Assembly (NCBI GenBank): GCA_965153355.1
Contig: OZ231126.1
Span: 36,828,001 to 36,892,000 of the forward strand
DNA: 64,000 nt
Direction: 5' to 3'
Source: Flaccisagitta enflata
Taxonomy: Eukaryota
Under the pieces are notes generated by a model, which had not been told where the DNA came from, made no database searches, and saw nothing but the letters and a program-made list of their open reading frames with translations. Both the position numbers and the translations under genes were made by a program. Each line of letters begins with the position of its first letter. Within the stretch, counting starts at the first letter, position 1. Of this stretch, positions 51,490 to 64,000 are shown in pieces.

Positions 51490-54400
51490 ATAGAAGTAGG
51501 ACATCCCAGATAGGATGCAGTATCATAAAAGTCTAAAATCTCTTTCTAAAACTTACCATCGACATCCTCTTTGACCAAAATGACCGTTATTTTATGATTT
51601 TTTTGGAAAATTTGCAACGGGAGCCCTCATATAGATTGCTGGCTAAGGAACCGAAAAATGCGAAAATCGCAATAAACGCCAAAAATAGATGGGGGTGAAA
51701 TTTTTTTTTTTGGTCATAGAAAGATTTGCATTTGTGAAAAGTTTACTTTTTATGTCTACTGTGAGATAAAAAGAAGTTTGGGCCATATTTCCCATTTCCC
51801 TCTATCGAGGAGCACTTTTAGTTCCCCCCCCCTTTTTGGGGGTGCAAAGCACTACCAAAAACGATGCAAAATTTGAGATTGTTCATCTTGTTTTCTTTGC
51901 TATTCCTTGACAAATTGGTAAAAATCCTTGGGGCTGGTCTTGTTTGAAAGATATTAAGTAGTAGAACATAAAATAAGGAGAATTAGCTGCTAGGGGTCCC
52001 TGTGGGGTCCTCCGGGGGTCCTCAAAGGGCCCCCAAATGACCAAAATAGCTGAAAATGGCTAAAAAATGAGGGGTTTTGGAGTTGTTTCTTCTCAAATAT
52101 TATTGGGGAGGACAATTTTATGTTAAGATACTATCACCTGGTTTGGAGCAACAAAGAAAAGGTCAGGGGTCCATCAAGGACCCATTCAAGGGGCCCCTAG
52201 ATGCTCCAAAAGGCTTAAGACGGGCAAATATGACCAAAATTTAAGCATTTGCGATCTTTGACAATGAAGGGCCACTAGTTATCTGTTTAGCTTCCCTCAT
52301 CAGTGGAGCAGAACTAGATAAGAAGGCTAAGGACCCCTGATGGGCCTATCCAGAGGACCTAAAGGACTCATAATAGCCAAAAATGACCAAATCTTGACAT
52401 TTTTGCACTATTTTTCTTTGATTCATTGTTGAACTGCACCTATTTACTGTTTATTGGATGGATGATTGATTGATTTATTGAATGATTGATTGTTAGATTG
52501 ATTCATATGTCTGTGGGGCCCTCCTGGGTTCCTCAAAGGGCCCCCAAATAACCTAAACAGCTGAAAATAGCCCAAAATATGAGGGTTTTGGAGTTGTTTC
52601 TTCTCAAACGTTGTTTAGGAGGGAAATTCCATGTAAAGATACTGTCATCTGGTGTGGAACATCAAAAGAAAAGGTCAGGGGCCCCTCAGGGACCCATTCA
52701 AGGGGCCCCTAGATGCTCCAAAAGGCTTAAAACGGGAAAAAAATGGCCAAAATTTAAGCAGTTTTGACAATGAAGGACCTAGTTATCTGTTTAGCTTCCC
52801 TCATCAGTCCAGCAGAACTAGATAAGAATAAAAGTGAAAGCTGAAGACCCCTGTTGAACCCATACAAGCGCCTTGTGGGACCCGTGATAGCCAAAAGTGA
52901 CCAAATCTTGACATTTTTAATGTTATACATCTTTCATAGATTGTTTGCTTTCTGTTTGTTAGATAATTGATTATCACCTATATCTTATAACATACTGTAT
53001 CTAAATTTTTCTCCGTTTGGGTAAAAAGAATATTTTTCCACTTGTCATACACAATATGATTGATACAAAAATTAATTGATTTATAAGCTGCTGCAGCTCT
53101 TGCTGTAAAGATCAAGACTTGCTACTTGACATTGTACAATTTGATGTACAATACAAGAACACATGGATCTAAGACTGTTGCACCTTGATAACTTCGACAC
53201 AATCATGCAATTGCTTGAGTCTTTTCATTTTTCATGCAAAGCCAATGGATCTTTGATCACAAGCCTGTTCCTTCATGTCCAATTTCATGGGCATACAACA
53301 AATTGCAATTTTGTTTCTTGTGTATTTTGCTTCATATTAATTTCCTTCATCATCAATGGGCAAATAGCAATATTCCCCATTATTTGTTCAAATTTTGATG
53401 AATATATTTAATGGACGGATAACTGGCACCAATGGGATAAAATTATGCTCCACTCCTTCAATAGGCGAACAATCATGTTCCCTTCCACAAATGGGCAAAC
53501 ATTCATGTTCCCTGCTTCTGATAGTTACCCATTTAGGTACCCTGCTTCCAATGGGCGAACAACTCTGTTCGCCTCACCTACACTGGCAACATCTTTTTTT
53601 TCAACTGTTAAGCAGGAGAATAACACTGTTCCCAGCTATAGAGCAAGAAAGTAACTGGGAGAACACAAAACCCCACCAGATATATTGTACCTCAAATTTA
53701 AAATTACATGCTTTATATTCTCATCTTTTTCTTTTCAGGCTACAGAAAACTTCCCAGTGGGGCCCTGGTCATTCTGATAGCATGTTCCTGTTTTAGCAAA
53801 AAAACACTGCTGTCAGAATCATTGGGATCATTGGGATCCAATTAAAAAAACTGCATCCTGATATCATTGGTTAAAAAATGCAGCTGGGGGACCTAAAAAA
53901 CAATGCTAGAATGCCAGATCATGTATTACAATGGAAGGGGCAAATATCAAGTTAGTAGATTTTAGAAACTAGATATACCTAACATGTGTCTTAGTGTCAT
54001 ACTTAAGTATGGGAAGTGCTTTTAGCCTTTTTGGGGTATTAGAGTAAGGTTACAATATGGTAAATTAGAAATGAAAGTTGATATGCAATTTTTAGGATTC
54101 AACCATATAGATGGCTACTATTGCACTGGTCTTAATTTCTGGTTGACCCAACAGGTTAAAAGGTAATGTAGCCATTGCAGCTCCCAAAATGGTCATATAA
54201 ATGGGATGAGTGAGGATGGGACAACTGATAACTGAAATAAGCTCATTTTTGCAGTTTTTGCTTTCTTTGCATTTTTTGCACTTTTTTGCTGCGCCAATAA
54301 TGATGTAATCAAGGGTTTCTGACACACAGAACTAGATTTCTTTTTGTCCTTGCAAGTTTATATATTGTAGAAGCTGAATTAGATAGTTTTACTATATTTG

Positions 54401-54965
54401 CTATACTATACTATACTACTATGCTATGCTATACTATACTATACTATACTTTACTACTATACTATCTTTACTATATATTGCTTTTTTGCTATTGCAGCTC
54501 CCAAAATGGTCATATAAATGGCATGAGTGAGGATGGGACAACTGATAACTGAAATAAGCTCATTTTTGCGGTTTTTGCTTTTTTTGCTTTTTTTGCACTT
54601 TTTAGCTGCGCCAATACTGATGTAATCAAGGGTTTCTTATACACAGAACTAGATTTCTTGTTGTCCTTGCAAGTTAATATATTGTAGAAGCTGAATTAGA
54701 TAGTTTTACTACTGTAGGACTGGGGTAATTAGTATCAAGATAAGGTGAAAAAAAACAATTTTGGCGTTTTTTGCGATTTTTGGTGTTTTTTGGCTCTGTA
54801 ACAAGCAATCTACGAAAGGGCACCCGCTGCACATTTCTTAAAAAAATCATAGAACAATAATTGTTTTGGTCCTAGAGGATGTCGATGGTCCCAATGAAAG
54901 AGAGATTTTGATAATTTTTTGAAGTAGCCTTCAGAACCAGCCTTTCTGGGATGCCCTATAATAAT
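51490..54965. mobile_element. ~3.5-kb non-autonomous element with ~200-bp degenerate TIRs inside Xkr intron 1
   Basis: accatcgacatcctct...aaacgccaaaa (51556-51685) is inverted at 54760-54890. Internal direct duplications at about 52000-52420/52515-52920 and 54170-54390/54490-54710. Confidence 0.6.
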
Positions 54966-55501
54966 AGGAAATGAGGTCACATCACCACATATGGATTCCT
55001 GATCTACGTCATTCATTGATGACAAACCTAGCAATCGATCGGAAGAAGCCGTTTCTGAATTTTGGTCATACCTGAACTGAAAAAAAGTAGAGAAGCCAGG
55101 AGGCGGAGAGAATTTCCCAAACGCTTAAAATTTTCAAAAAAATCATAAATCAACAACCGCTCGAGATAAATCCCTAATTCTTTTTTTGAGTTAATCGTAT
55201 GAACCTCAGGCATTTTTGGGACACATAAGTGTGACTTGTGTGACCGCGGCAGGTCCGATCGGCAAGTGTGCGGCGTACTTCCGAAGGCAACATTTGTGTT
55301 TCAACAGGGGCCAAAATCAAAAATAAATAAAACTTAATGATAATACCAAAATAATGATTGCATTATGTCACAATCATGATTTTATTGCAAAATTTGCATT
55401 TAATCATGAAACAGAACCAAAAATTGGTAAATTGATAAAGAAAATATATTGCAAATTACAGAAAATTTCACGAATCGTCATCACAAGCACCGGTAGTATA
55501 A

Positions 55502-55674
55502 TAAGCAGAATGTTTATTTTCATGATGGAGTAGTACAGTGCAAAAAGCAAACCAAAAAGTTAGCCTAAATTTTCGATATCACTTTGTGTCTGTCAGGTTA
55601 AAGTGGATATCGGCATTATTAACACTGTTTACTTTACTAATACTACTCCATCATGAAAATAAACATTCTGCTTA
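55502..55674. repeat. Short hairpin/MITE with ~34-bp inverted arms
   Basis: taagcagaatgtttatttttcatgatggagtagta versus tactactccatcatgaaaataaacattctgctta. Confidence 0.75.
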
Positions 55675-55975
55675 CAGAAAATTTGATTTTTAGTCATTGA
55701 CAGGGGCCCGTTTAAATTCTAAGAAAAAAATCATAGATTTGGTAACACAACGTGATACGTCGCGGGGAAGAAAATCAAAGGCGGGGGGGGAATTATTCCA
55801 AGAGTCATGGAGCGATACACACCCCTGATTTGATTGCTAATTGTGCCACTTCCAAACTAATAAAGCAAGAAATGTCAGATTGAACCCAAATGAAAATATT
55901 TTTAAAAGAACTTTCTTATGGTCAAGAATTTTAACTACCTATTTTGAAATTTGATACGATACAAAAGTGCCGACC

Positions 55976-56223
55976 TTTTAGTTGCGGACACGCAACTCTA
56001 TAAGAGGCTTTGTCCGTCCGTTGGTCTGTTGGTCTGTTGGTCCTTTGGTCCGTTGGTCCGTCGATCCGTCATGGTCACCGAGTTGAAAAGAGGCAAAACA
56101 AGCATTTTAGATACTTTTTGTGTTTGTTTGAGTGTGGGGGGTGGGTTGGAGTGTGGATAGGGGTTGGATCCCTGCCCACCCATCCACATTCCACAACAAC
56201 ATTGTGACCCCGCGTCACTTGTT
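55976..56223 (+). mobile_element. HINE/DINE-1-like element, family A variant
   Basis: ttttagttgcggacacgcaactct, ataagaggctttgtcc, 3' hairpin gtgaccccgcgtcacttgtt. Confidence 0.65.
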
Positions 56224-56440
56224 ATTGTTGGTTCGCGTAGTAGTGAATGCAATCAAAAAAAGATCATAAAAAGTATATATGAAAGGCATCCTCTCAGTTT
56301 TGAAATTGTTCGCTTAGTTTTGAGATTGGAGATGAAGCTACAATCATACCCATCCCATCCAGATTGTCAATTCTTGGTTGATCCTTACAAAATACTTTTC
56401 CAAAAGAAACTCCTTTGATAAAAAGTATAATTTTTCTCAC

Positions 56441-57123
56441 CGTTTGACATCATCTTGATTTGGTTTATCCTTTGCTTTTGCGATGTGATAGAGGCCATAA
56501 AGATAAACAACGACGGGCGCCAGCAAAATTGGCGAGGTGAAGAGGACCAAAATTTGTATCAATTTTGGTAAAACTTGAATTTCCGAACGACGACGACACA
56601 ACAAAAACAAGACGATGCAAAACTGACACAAGCCGCCACCCACGATCCAACTCGTGGTTAAAATCGCGAATCTGTTATTATCCGCTTGATTGTGTTCATT
56701 TTTGCCTGATGACGCGGCCCGGCAGCGCCCCCTTATGACCACGTCACGGAATTTCGAAAACTTCAAATATTCCATTGTGAGTTTTGGAGGCCACGTCTGC
56801 CAGTTACTAACATTTAGTTGTTCTTGCGCCCATTCACTCACTTTCACACTCTCACCCGCGCGCCAACTCCATTTGAGATCCTGCTCATTGAGATAGAAAA
56901 AATCGCGCCAGTGATGTACGTATGTTTCGACCATCTTTTGTGCTGTGTTTTCTTTGTACCCTGAATTATGTCTTTCCATCCCCGTGCACTCCCAGTAGTC
57001 TGATAAAGTGAAACTGTTACTCCAGTACTCGTATGCTAGAGCCGAATCACTTCCAATGTCCACAAGCGTAAACGCAGCTCCCATGAAGAAAGGTAAAAGC
57101 GCAAAAAAGAGTCCGGAATTCAT
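56441..57123 (-). CDS. XK-related protein (Xkr/CED-8 scramblase family), exon 1; the three-exon CDS is 1755 nt, 584 aa to the first stop
   Basis: ATG at 57123; TM1 FTLVDIGSDSALAYEY matches the XK D..SD..LA..Y motif; further TM segments follow; donor CG|GTGAGA at 56440 (phase 2). Confidence 0.85.
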
Positions 57124-57249
57124 TTTCACTTTCGTGGTTTGTTTTTTTAGTTTGTCACTTTTTGTCTTTTGTCTCGTTTTGTCTTATTGTTTTATTTAAT
57201 GTTTGTTTCTTTCAATCCACTTTTTTTCTATTTCTTGGGTTTCTGTCAC

Positions 57250-57994
57250 TCAAATCCGTCATCGTCATCACGTCCCCTCCCAGCTTCTTAAGCTTCTCAG
57301 GCCTCAAATCCAGCTCTGAGCCTCAATCCGACCTCTCAAGCCTCAAACCTGACCTCTCAGGCCTCAATCTAACCTTTCAGGCCTCAAATCAACCTCTCAG
57401 GCCTGCGTCTGGCCTCTCAGGCCTCAAATCTAACCTCAGGCCTCAAATCTAGCCTTTCAGTACTCGACCCAAGCCTCTCAGGCCTCAAATCTGGCCTCAG
57501 GCCTCAAATCTCAACCTCCCAGGCCTCAAATCAGACCTTTCAGGCCTCAAGTCAGCTCTCAGCCTCGTCCAGCCTCTCGGGCCTCCGTCTGACCTCTCAG
57601 GCCTCAAATCTGCAGCCTCTCGACCTCAATCAGCCTTTCAGGCCTCACGTCCAACCTCACAGGCCCTCCGATCCCACCTCTCAAGCCTCAAATCCAGCCT
57701 CTTGGGCCTCAAATCCAGCCTCTTGGGCCTCAAATCCAACCTCCCTCTTAGGCCTCAAATTCCCATTGAATAACATGGCAAATTGAAAAACAATAAAAAA
57801 ATGCAAAATTCCCCAATGAATATCTGGAAAATTACCCCAAATATGCCCTCTCAGGACGTGTGGAAATTCACCTGTGTCCTACAGGATATCGACCCTTTGG
57901 GGCCGCTGCCCTATCTCACTCCACTTCTTCAGTTAATCACTTCAAACTGAGCATCGGGTGCCACTGACCATGTACAATCCTTGGATGATTTGTT
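57250..57994 (+). mobile_element. 5'-truncated family B HINE-like element with an (aggcctcaaatc)n core
   Basis: Minisatellite plus the ggggccgctgccc...gcatcgggtgccactgaccatg 3' end, flanked by an ~80-bp direct duplication. Confidence 0.65.
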
Positions 57995-58426
57995 TCTCTT
58001 TTGTCTCGTTTTGTCTTATTGTTTTATTTAATGTTTGTTTCTTTCAATCCACTTTTTTTCTATTTCTTGGGTTTCTGTCGTGTCACTGTGCGCGTATGGC
58101 ATAGGCACTCAAAATTCATTTGTTTGCATGATAGAGAGGTCGGAGTTTTGACTTTTTTCTTTTAAACATTAAATAATTTTTTTTTTTAAACATTAAATAC
58201 AAGTAATTTTCATCAATAAAAATATTTTTCCGGCTATTTCTTGCAATCGGGGGCCTGAGCTCCAAAGGAAAACTAGGTAGGCAAATAACAATGAAATGAA
58301 AGACGACAAAATATCACATCTTATACTTCTTAGCATTTTGCCAACATTGTTTCCCTGAAGAGTAGAGACCCCTCCGATTGCAAGAAATAACCTAAAATAT
58401 GTTTTTGTCGATGAAAATTGCTTGTG

Positions 58427-59626
58427 TACCAGCAATGGCGGCTGTTGCCGTGAGGAAAAAAGTCCTAAGCATTGATCACTTTTCACCAAGCTTTTGTCTT
58501 TAGTCACTGCAAATTTTTTTTTTCTATTAGATCAAATCAAGAGCAATTGTATGTATTGATTGCACTGCAAATCAGAGAAAAATAGGACTGAGCCAAATGA
58601 GCTAGATCAGCTAAAATGCTCAAAATCACTCAACCAAACAATCAGCTATGCTCAGTGACATGTTTTCTTGTAATTACATGCTCTCATCAAAACATTTATT
58701 TATCCCATTAAAGATCAGAGAAAAAAAAGGCCAGCCTAAATAGAGCTAGTGAGATAGAATGTAACACCCGACAGATAACAGTTATGCTCACTGATATGCT
58801 TTTTGTATCTTCTTTCTTAAACACGTATCCAAATATTGGGTGTTCGAATAAAAATTGTAGAGGTTTTCTGTTGCTTACGCACACTATGGAGTATGTAGAG
58901 ATGCAAACAAGGTACCATTTGATAGAGGTCAATCTGTTTGACATTTTGGTGTATGGTTTTTTTGTTTTTTTAATAAAAATTTCCAAGTAAATCAAGGTTA
59001 AAAACTTTCCCAAATCAAACTTTCAGCAAAAACCAGTAGAAAAACGCTGTTTCCCTATTAAAATCTCCTCTTTAAGCTTTGCAAAAGTCCACTTAAGCAC
59101 AAGCTACTGCAAAAATCTTTTGAATTTAATCTCTGGGAACAAAGATCTAGACAAAAAAAAACACACTTTTCTAGCTTCTCTTGTTACGGACACAATTTTT
59201 TTTCAAACACCTGTTATTTCTTTATTTATCGATTAAATAAGAAAAAAAAAGACTGAGCTAAATGAGCTAGATTTGCTAGAATACTAAAAAACACCTTCAC
59301 AGATGAGCAGCTTTGCTCATAAACATGTTTTCTTTATTTGCATGCTCAAACAAGTAAAGATACACTCATTTATTGATCCTACATGAAATCAATTTGAATT
59401 TTTTGTAAATAAATCTTTAAAAAATCATAGAGCGAAAAATATTTGTCGTAGAGAATTCTGCTTGGTCCAAAATGAAAGAGAATTATCAAATTTACTCACT
59501 CTATAAATTTCATTGGAGGCCTCAATCAGCCGGATGAGATGCTCAACTTCCTAATAAGAAAATGAAAACCATGTTTCTCTGGAAGATGTCAAAGAGTCAA
59601 AGACTGACTTCGACTTTTTTCCCGAT
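58427..59626 (-). mobile_element. Family C dispersed element (longer copy, opposite orientation to 40901-41522)
   Basis: Reverse-complement homology to 40901-41522 at both ends. Confidence 0.65.
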
Positions 59627-60043
59627 GATGTTTGGAAACAAAGACAAAATTCCGACCACTCTAAAGCATTGTCACTAAAAAAATTTTGATCTATAATGTA
59701 AAAAAAATGATTGTCAATAGATCTCTATAGCCTCTGTTGGCCAAATAAGCAAACTAGGATAACAGTAGACTTGACACTGTGAATGGGATGCCTGGTTATT
59801 TGTAATGTAAACCAGGGCCGTATGGCAAGGGGCCGCAGGGGCCGCCATGGCGGCCCCTTGTTGGGACACACACCGCTGAGAGAGATTGATTGATTGATTT
59901 ATTGTCCATTAAAGTGATAACACTCTGTACAATTATCAGTGACAATGTACTCGTACATGATCAAGGTTCATCACAATAATTCATGTTCTATTCTACTTAT
60001 AAATAACACATAGCACAGTATTCAAAATCAATAGACAATTTTT

Positions 60044-60105
<62 letters not shown>

Positions 60106-60172
60106 CCAATAGTAGTGACTTTTATGAGTAGGTACAATTTATAGCAGAGAATTAATGTAAACCCGTTAATGA

Positions 60173-60590
60173 AAATTTCCCTTGAAAATTTTTGCAAAAC
60201 TTGCTGAAAAGTATCAATTTTTGTATATATTTACATATAGATCTCAAGGATATACCAGTTTCAAAATTCTGACTGAAGATTCAAATTCCTGGTGAAATTT
60301 CCAATCATTGGTGAAATTTCCATTCATTTGATAGGTCACACTGTATACTTTTATGAAAAAATATAATTTTCATTTTTCATGCCACCGTTACAAAAAAAAC
60401 AACGGTGGCCTAAAATATGAAAATCTTATTTTTTCATGAAAGTATATAGTGTGACCTATCAAATGATTGAAGATTTCACCAGGAATGTGAATCTTGAGTC
60501 AGAATTTTGAAACTGATATATACTTGAGATCTATTTGTAAATATACAAAAAAAATTGACACTTTTTCACAATTTTTGCAAAAATTTTCAT
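60173..60590. mobile_element. Near-perfect ~410-bp foldback element
   Basis: Arms mirror around gccaccgtt-acaaaaaaaac-aacggtggc (about 60381-60409). A second copy starts at 63694. Confidence 0.8.
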
Positions 60591-60724
60591 AATGAAGATA
60601 TGATAGACATCATTATTGATGAATTTGCAAAAGAAAAAAAATGATGATCGAGACAAAATGAAAAAACTAATTGTGGATCGCAGCGAAGCAAGATCCACTT
60701 AGTCCTGGGTAAATTTTGATTTTT

Positions 60725-62790
60725 TGCCGTCCTCACTCACCATCAAAACAAACAAACAATATTCTATAATTTTTTTCCTACAAATGTCCTCACTCACCAT
60801 CTTCCAAAGATTTTTTTTCATCCCAAAAGTTTGTCCTCACTCACCAAACCTTTTTTCTTTGATAATCTTTTGTTTTCTTTTCAAAGAATGTCCTCACTCA
60901 CCATTTCTAAGTTTTTTTTTGTCTCAAAGTGTCCTCCTCACCTGATCTTTTTGTGTTACTCTTTATTTCTCTCAATGTACTTCCTCCTCACCAGACCCTT
61001 TTTCTTTGATAGTCTTTTGTTTTTCCTTTCAGAGGATTTCTTTTTATCCCAACAAAAGTGTGTCCTCACTCAACACAATCTTTTGTTTGTAGTAGTCTTT
61101 TTTTCTCTCCATAGATGTCCTCACTCACCAAACCCTTTTGGGCAGCGGCCCCTGAAGGACCGATGACCTATGGTTCCACACAGGGCAATTTTCTCCGGTT
61201 TCCGTTTTCCGTCAGTCCCCCTGGCCTCAAATAAAGCCTCTCAGACTCCGTCCAGACCTTTCTGACCCAAATCAGGCTTCTCAGACCTCAAATCAGGCCT
61301 CCCAGACTCCAAATCAGGCCTCTCAGACTCCAAATCTTCAGCCTCATAGACCCCAAATTAGGCCTCTCAGATCCAAATCAGGCCTCAGACCCAATGTCAG
61401 GCTTTTCAGACCCCAAATTAGACCCCTCAGACCCAAATAAGGCCTTTCACCCCAAATCAAGCCTCTCAGACCCCAAACCACGCCTCTCACACCTAAATCA
61501 GGCCTTTCAGAGCCAAAATCAGACCTCTCAGCCCTCCAAGCCAGCTTCTCTAACCGGAGAAAATTGTCCTATGTGAGATCTGGGTCATACAGCCCCTCAA
61601 GGCCAGCTGCCCCTATCTCTCAAATCTCATTCACACACACTAACCCAGGAGCGCCGGGTACACATGACCATGCTGCCTTTAAACTATTTTCTTTATAGTC
61701 TTTTGTTTTCTCTTCAAAGAATGTCCTCACTCATTTTTTCTTAGGAGATTTTTTCATCCCAAAAATGTGTCCTCACTCACTACAATCTTTTGTTTGTAGT
61801 AGTCTTTTTACTGCTACTCAATAGATGTCTCACTCACTGCAGACCTTTTTTTCTTTGATAGTCTTTTGTTTTCTTTTTCAAAGGATTTTTTTCCCAAAGT
61901 CTCACCTGATATTTTATTTGTGGTAGTAGTCTTTTTCTCTTTGCATAATTTCTTCACCTACAACCCTTTTTCTTTGATAGCCTTTTTTTTATTTTTCCAA
62001 AAAAATGTCCTCACTCACTATTTCCTAATAATTTTTTTCCATCCCAAGAGTTTGTCCTCACTCATCACAATCTCATGTTTGAAATAGTTTTTTTTCTCTC
62101 AGTCCTCACTCACCAGACCCTTTTTCTTTAATAGCCTTTGTTTTTATGTTCAAAGAATGTCCTCACTCACTATTCCTAAGGATTTTTTTCATCTCAAAAG
62201 TGTGTCCTCACTCACCACAATCTTTTGTTTGTTGTAGTCTTTTTTCTCTCCACTTGGATGTCCTCACTCACCCAGACCTTTTTTTTTTGATAGCCTTTTT
62301 TTTTTATTTTCAAAGAATGTCCTCTTACCATTTCTAGGATTTTTTTTCATCCCAAAAATGTGTCCTCACTCACCACAATCTTGAATGTGTCCTCACCTTA
62401 GTCTTTTGTTTGTGTTATTTTTTTTTCTCTCAAGATGTCTTCACATGTCTCTATATAAATCTTTTGTTTCATTCATATCATTCAGTTATTTTTTTATCCC
62501 CTAAATGTGTCCTCACCATAGTCTTTTGTTTGTATTATTTTTTTTTCTTACAAGATGTTTCTACTTGTCTCTATGTAAATCTTTTGTTTCATCCATATCA
62601 TTCAGTTATTTTTTTGATCCCCAAAATGTGTCCTCACCTTTGTCTTTTGTTTGTGTTATTTTTTTTTCTCTCAAGATGTCTCCACTTATCTCTAAGTATC
62701 AATCTTTAGTTTTTTCCACCTCATCATCAATCATCAATCATCGATCATATTTTTATCCCAAACTTTTTCTATCTCAAAATATCCTCACCT
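60725..62790. repeat. Degenerate tandem repeat built on a tgtcctcactcacc motif, interrupted by a family B element
   Basis: The motif recurs every ~45-55 bp with a higher-order period of roughly 140-150 bp. Confidence 0.8.
61137..61690 (+). mobile_element. HINE-like element, family B
   Basis: ttttgggcagcggcccctgaaggaccgatgacctatg start, and the same core and 3' tail as 44279-44869. Confidence 0.7.
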
Positions 62791-62867
62791 GTCTTTTGTT
62801 TAAGTTTGTCTTAATTCATCTACCAGATGTTTTAAACTTAATCTCATTTGCCTTTTGTCCCTGCTTG

Positions 62868-63079
62868 ATTTTTGGTCGCGTGCTACGTGACTCTGCAACC
62901 AACTTTGTTCGTCCGTCCGTCTGTCGGTCTGTCGGTCCGTCCGTCCGTCCGTTCGTCACACTTTACTTTTTTGGGTTTTTTGCGGTCTTTGACGCCTGTC
63001 CTACCCCAAAATGATGGAGTAGTGTAATGCTGCCCACCCGCCGCTGGCGACCCATTTAGCCGTGTATCCGACCTTGTTT
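62868..63079 (+). mobile_element. HINE/DINE-1-like element, family A
   Basis: ttttggtcgcgtgctacgtgactct, (gtcc)n, gccgtgtatccgaccttgtt. Confidence 0.7.
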
Positions 63080-63127
63080 TCATACCATAAGGGAAGAGAG
63101 AGAGAGAGAGAGAGGGAGGGAGAGAGT

Positions 63128-63182
<55 letters not shown>

Positions 63183-63693
63183 AGAGAGAGAGAGAGTGAG
63201 GCAGAGAGAGAAAGAGAGAGAGAGAGAGAAGAAGAAGAAAAAGAGAGAGAGACATTTCAGCTATCAGAATACTGCATGGAACTTAAAATGTCATAATTTT
63301 AACTTAATTCACTTATAGTTCAGGGTTTTTTTTATCTAAATTTTATATGAATTTGTATGTATTATGCATAATATAAAATATCTAAAAAAGTAAAAAATAA
63401 AAAGTTACAAGAAAAAAAATTAAAAAAAAAAAAAGTGAAAAAGTGAAAAAATATAAAAATTAAGAAAAATGAAAATTTGAAAATGTGAAAAAAATAAAAG
63501 AAATAGAAGTAAAAAAAGAAAATGCAAAGCAAAAAAAAAAAAAAAAATAAATAAATGAAAATAATAAATGAAAAATGAAAAAAATTCATTATAAAAAAAA
63601 CAAAAAAAAAACAACAAATAAACATCGCGATCCACAGTATTGGCAACAGCCCCTGGTTAGATTTATGGCTCCTTTTTTTTAAGGGTTTACATC

Positions 63694-64000
63694 AATTTCC
63701 CTTGAAAATTTTTGCAAAAATTGTTAAAAAGTGTCAATTTTTATATATATTTACAAATAGATCTCAAGGATATATCAGTTTCAAAATTCTGACTCAAGAT
63801 TCACATTCCTGGTGAAATTTCCAATCATTTGATAGGTCACACTATATACTTTCATGAAAAAATAAGATTTTCATATTTTAGGCCACCGTTGCTTTCTTTG
63901 TAACGGTGGCATAGAAAATGAAAATCTTATTTTTTCATGAAAGTATATAGTGTGACCTATCAAATGATTGGAAATTTCACCAGGAATGTGAATCTTCAGT
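63694..64000. mobile_element. Second copy of the foldback element (truncated by the window end)
   Basis: Same arms as 60173-60590, with the centre gccaccgtt...aacggtggc at about 63882-63910. Confidence 0.8.

Noticed and set aside
40901-59626. Inverted repeats flanking the whole Xkr gene, read as a giant gene-capturing TIR transposon
   Set aside because: Each flank is a self-contained element with its own inverted ends and terminal hairpin, and no TSD is seen outside the pair. Two independent insertions in opposite orientation is simpler.
59813-63655. hAT-like element with CAGGG...CCCTG ends
   Set aside because: The inverted match is very short and the 8-bp flanks (atgtaaac versus gttagatt) do not form a TSD.

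Overview
Repeat-rich eukaryotic (animal, probably aquatic invertebrate) genomic DNA. Frequent homopolymer indels between otherwise near-identical repeat copies suggest an error-prone long-read consensus, so frameshifts are not proof of pseudogenisation. Main contents: (1) a ~965-bp-monomer satellite array (1-993 and 9215-17398) split by an 8.2-kb non-autonomous, Kolobok-like insertion with a TTAA target duplication; (2) a full-length ~13.1-kb BEL/Pao LTR retrotransposon on the minus strand (20127-33273, 5-bp TSD CACGT) with a polyglutamine-rich Gag, no tRNA-type primer-binding site, an 11-nt R/PBS complementarity reminiscent of Tf1 self-priming, and an apparently intron-containing accessory gene between integrase and the 3' LTR; (3) a three-exon XK-related (Xkr scramblase family) gene on the minus strand (57123-45537) with an enlarged first loop and a repetitive acidic tail; (4) many Helentron/DINE-like (HINE) elements, TIR MITEs, foldbacks, and micro- and minisatellites. 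No rRNA, tRNA or CRISPR features were seen.
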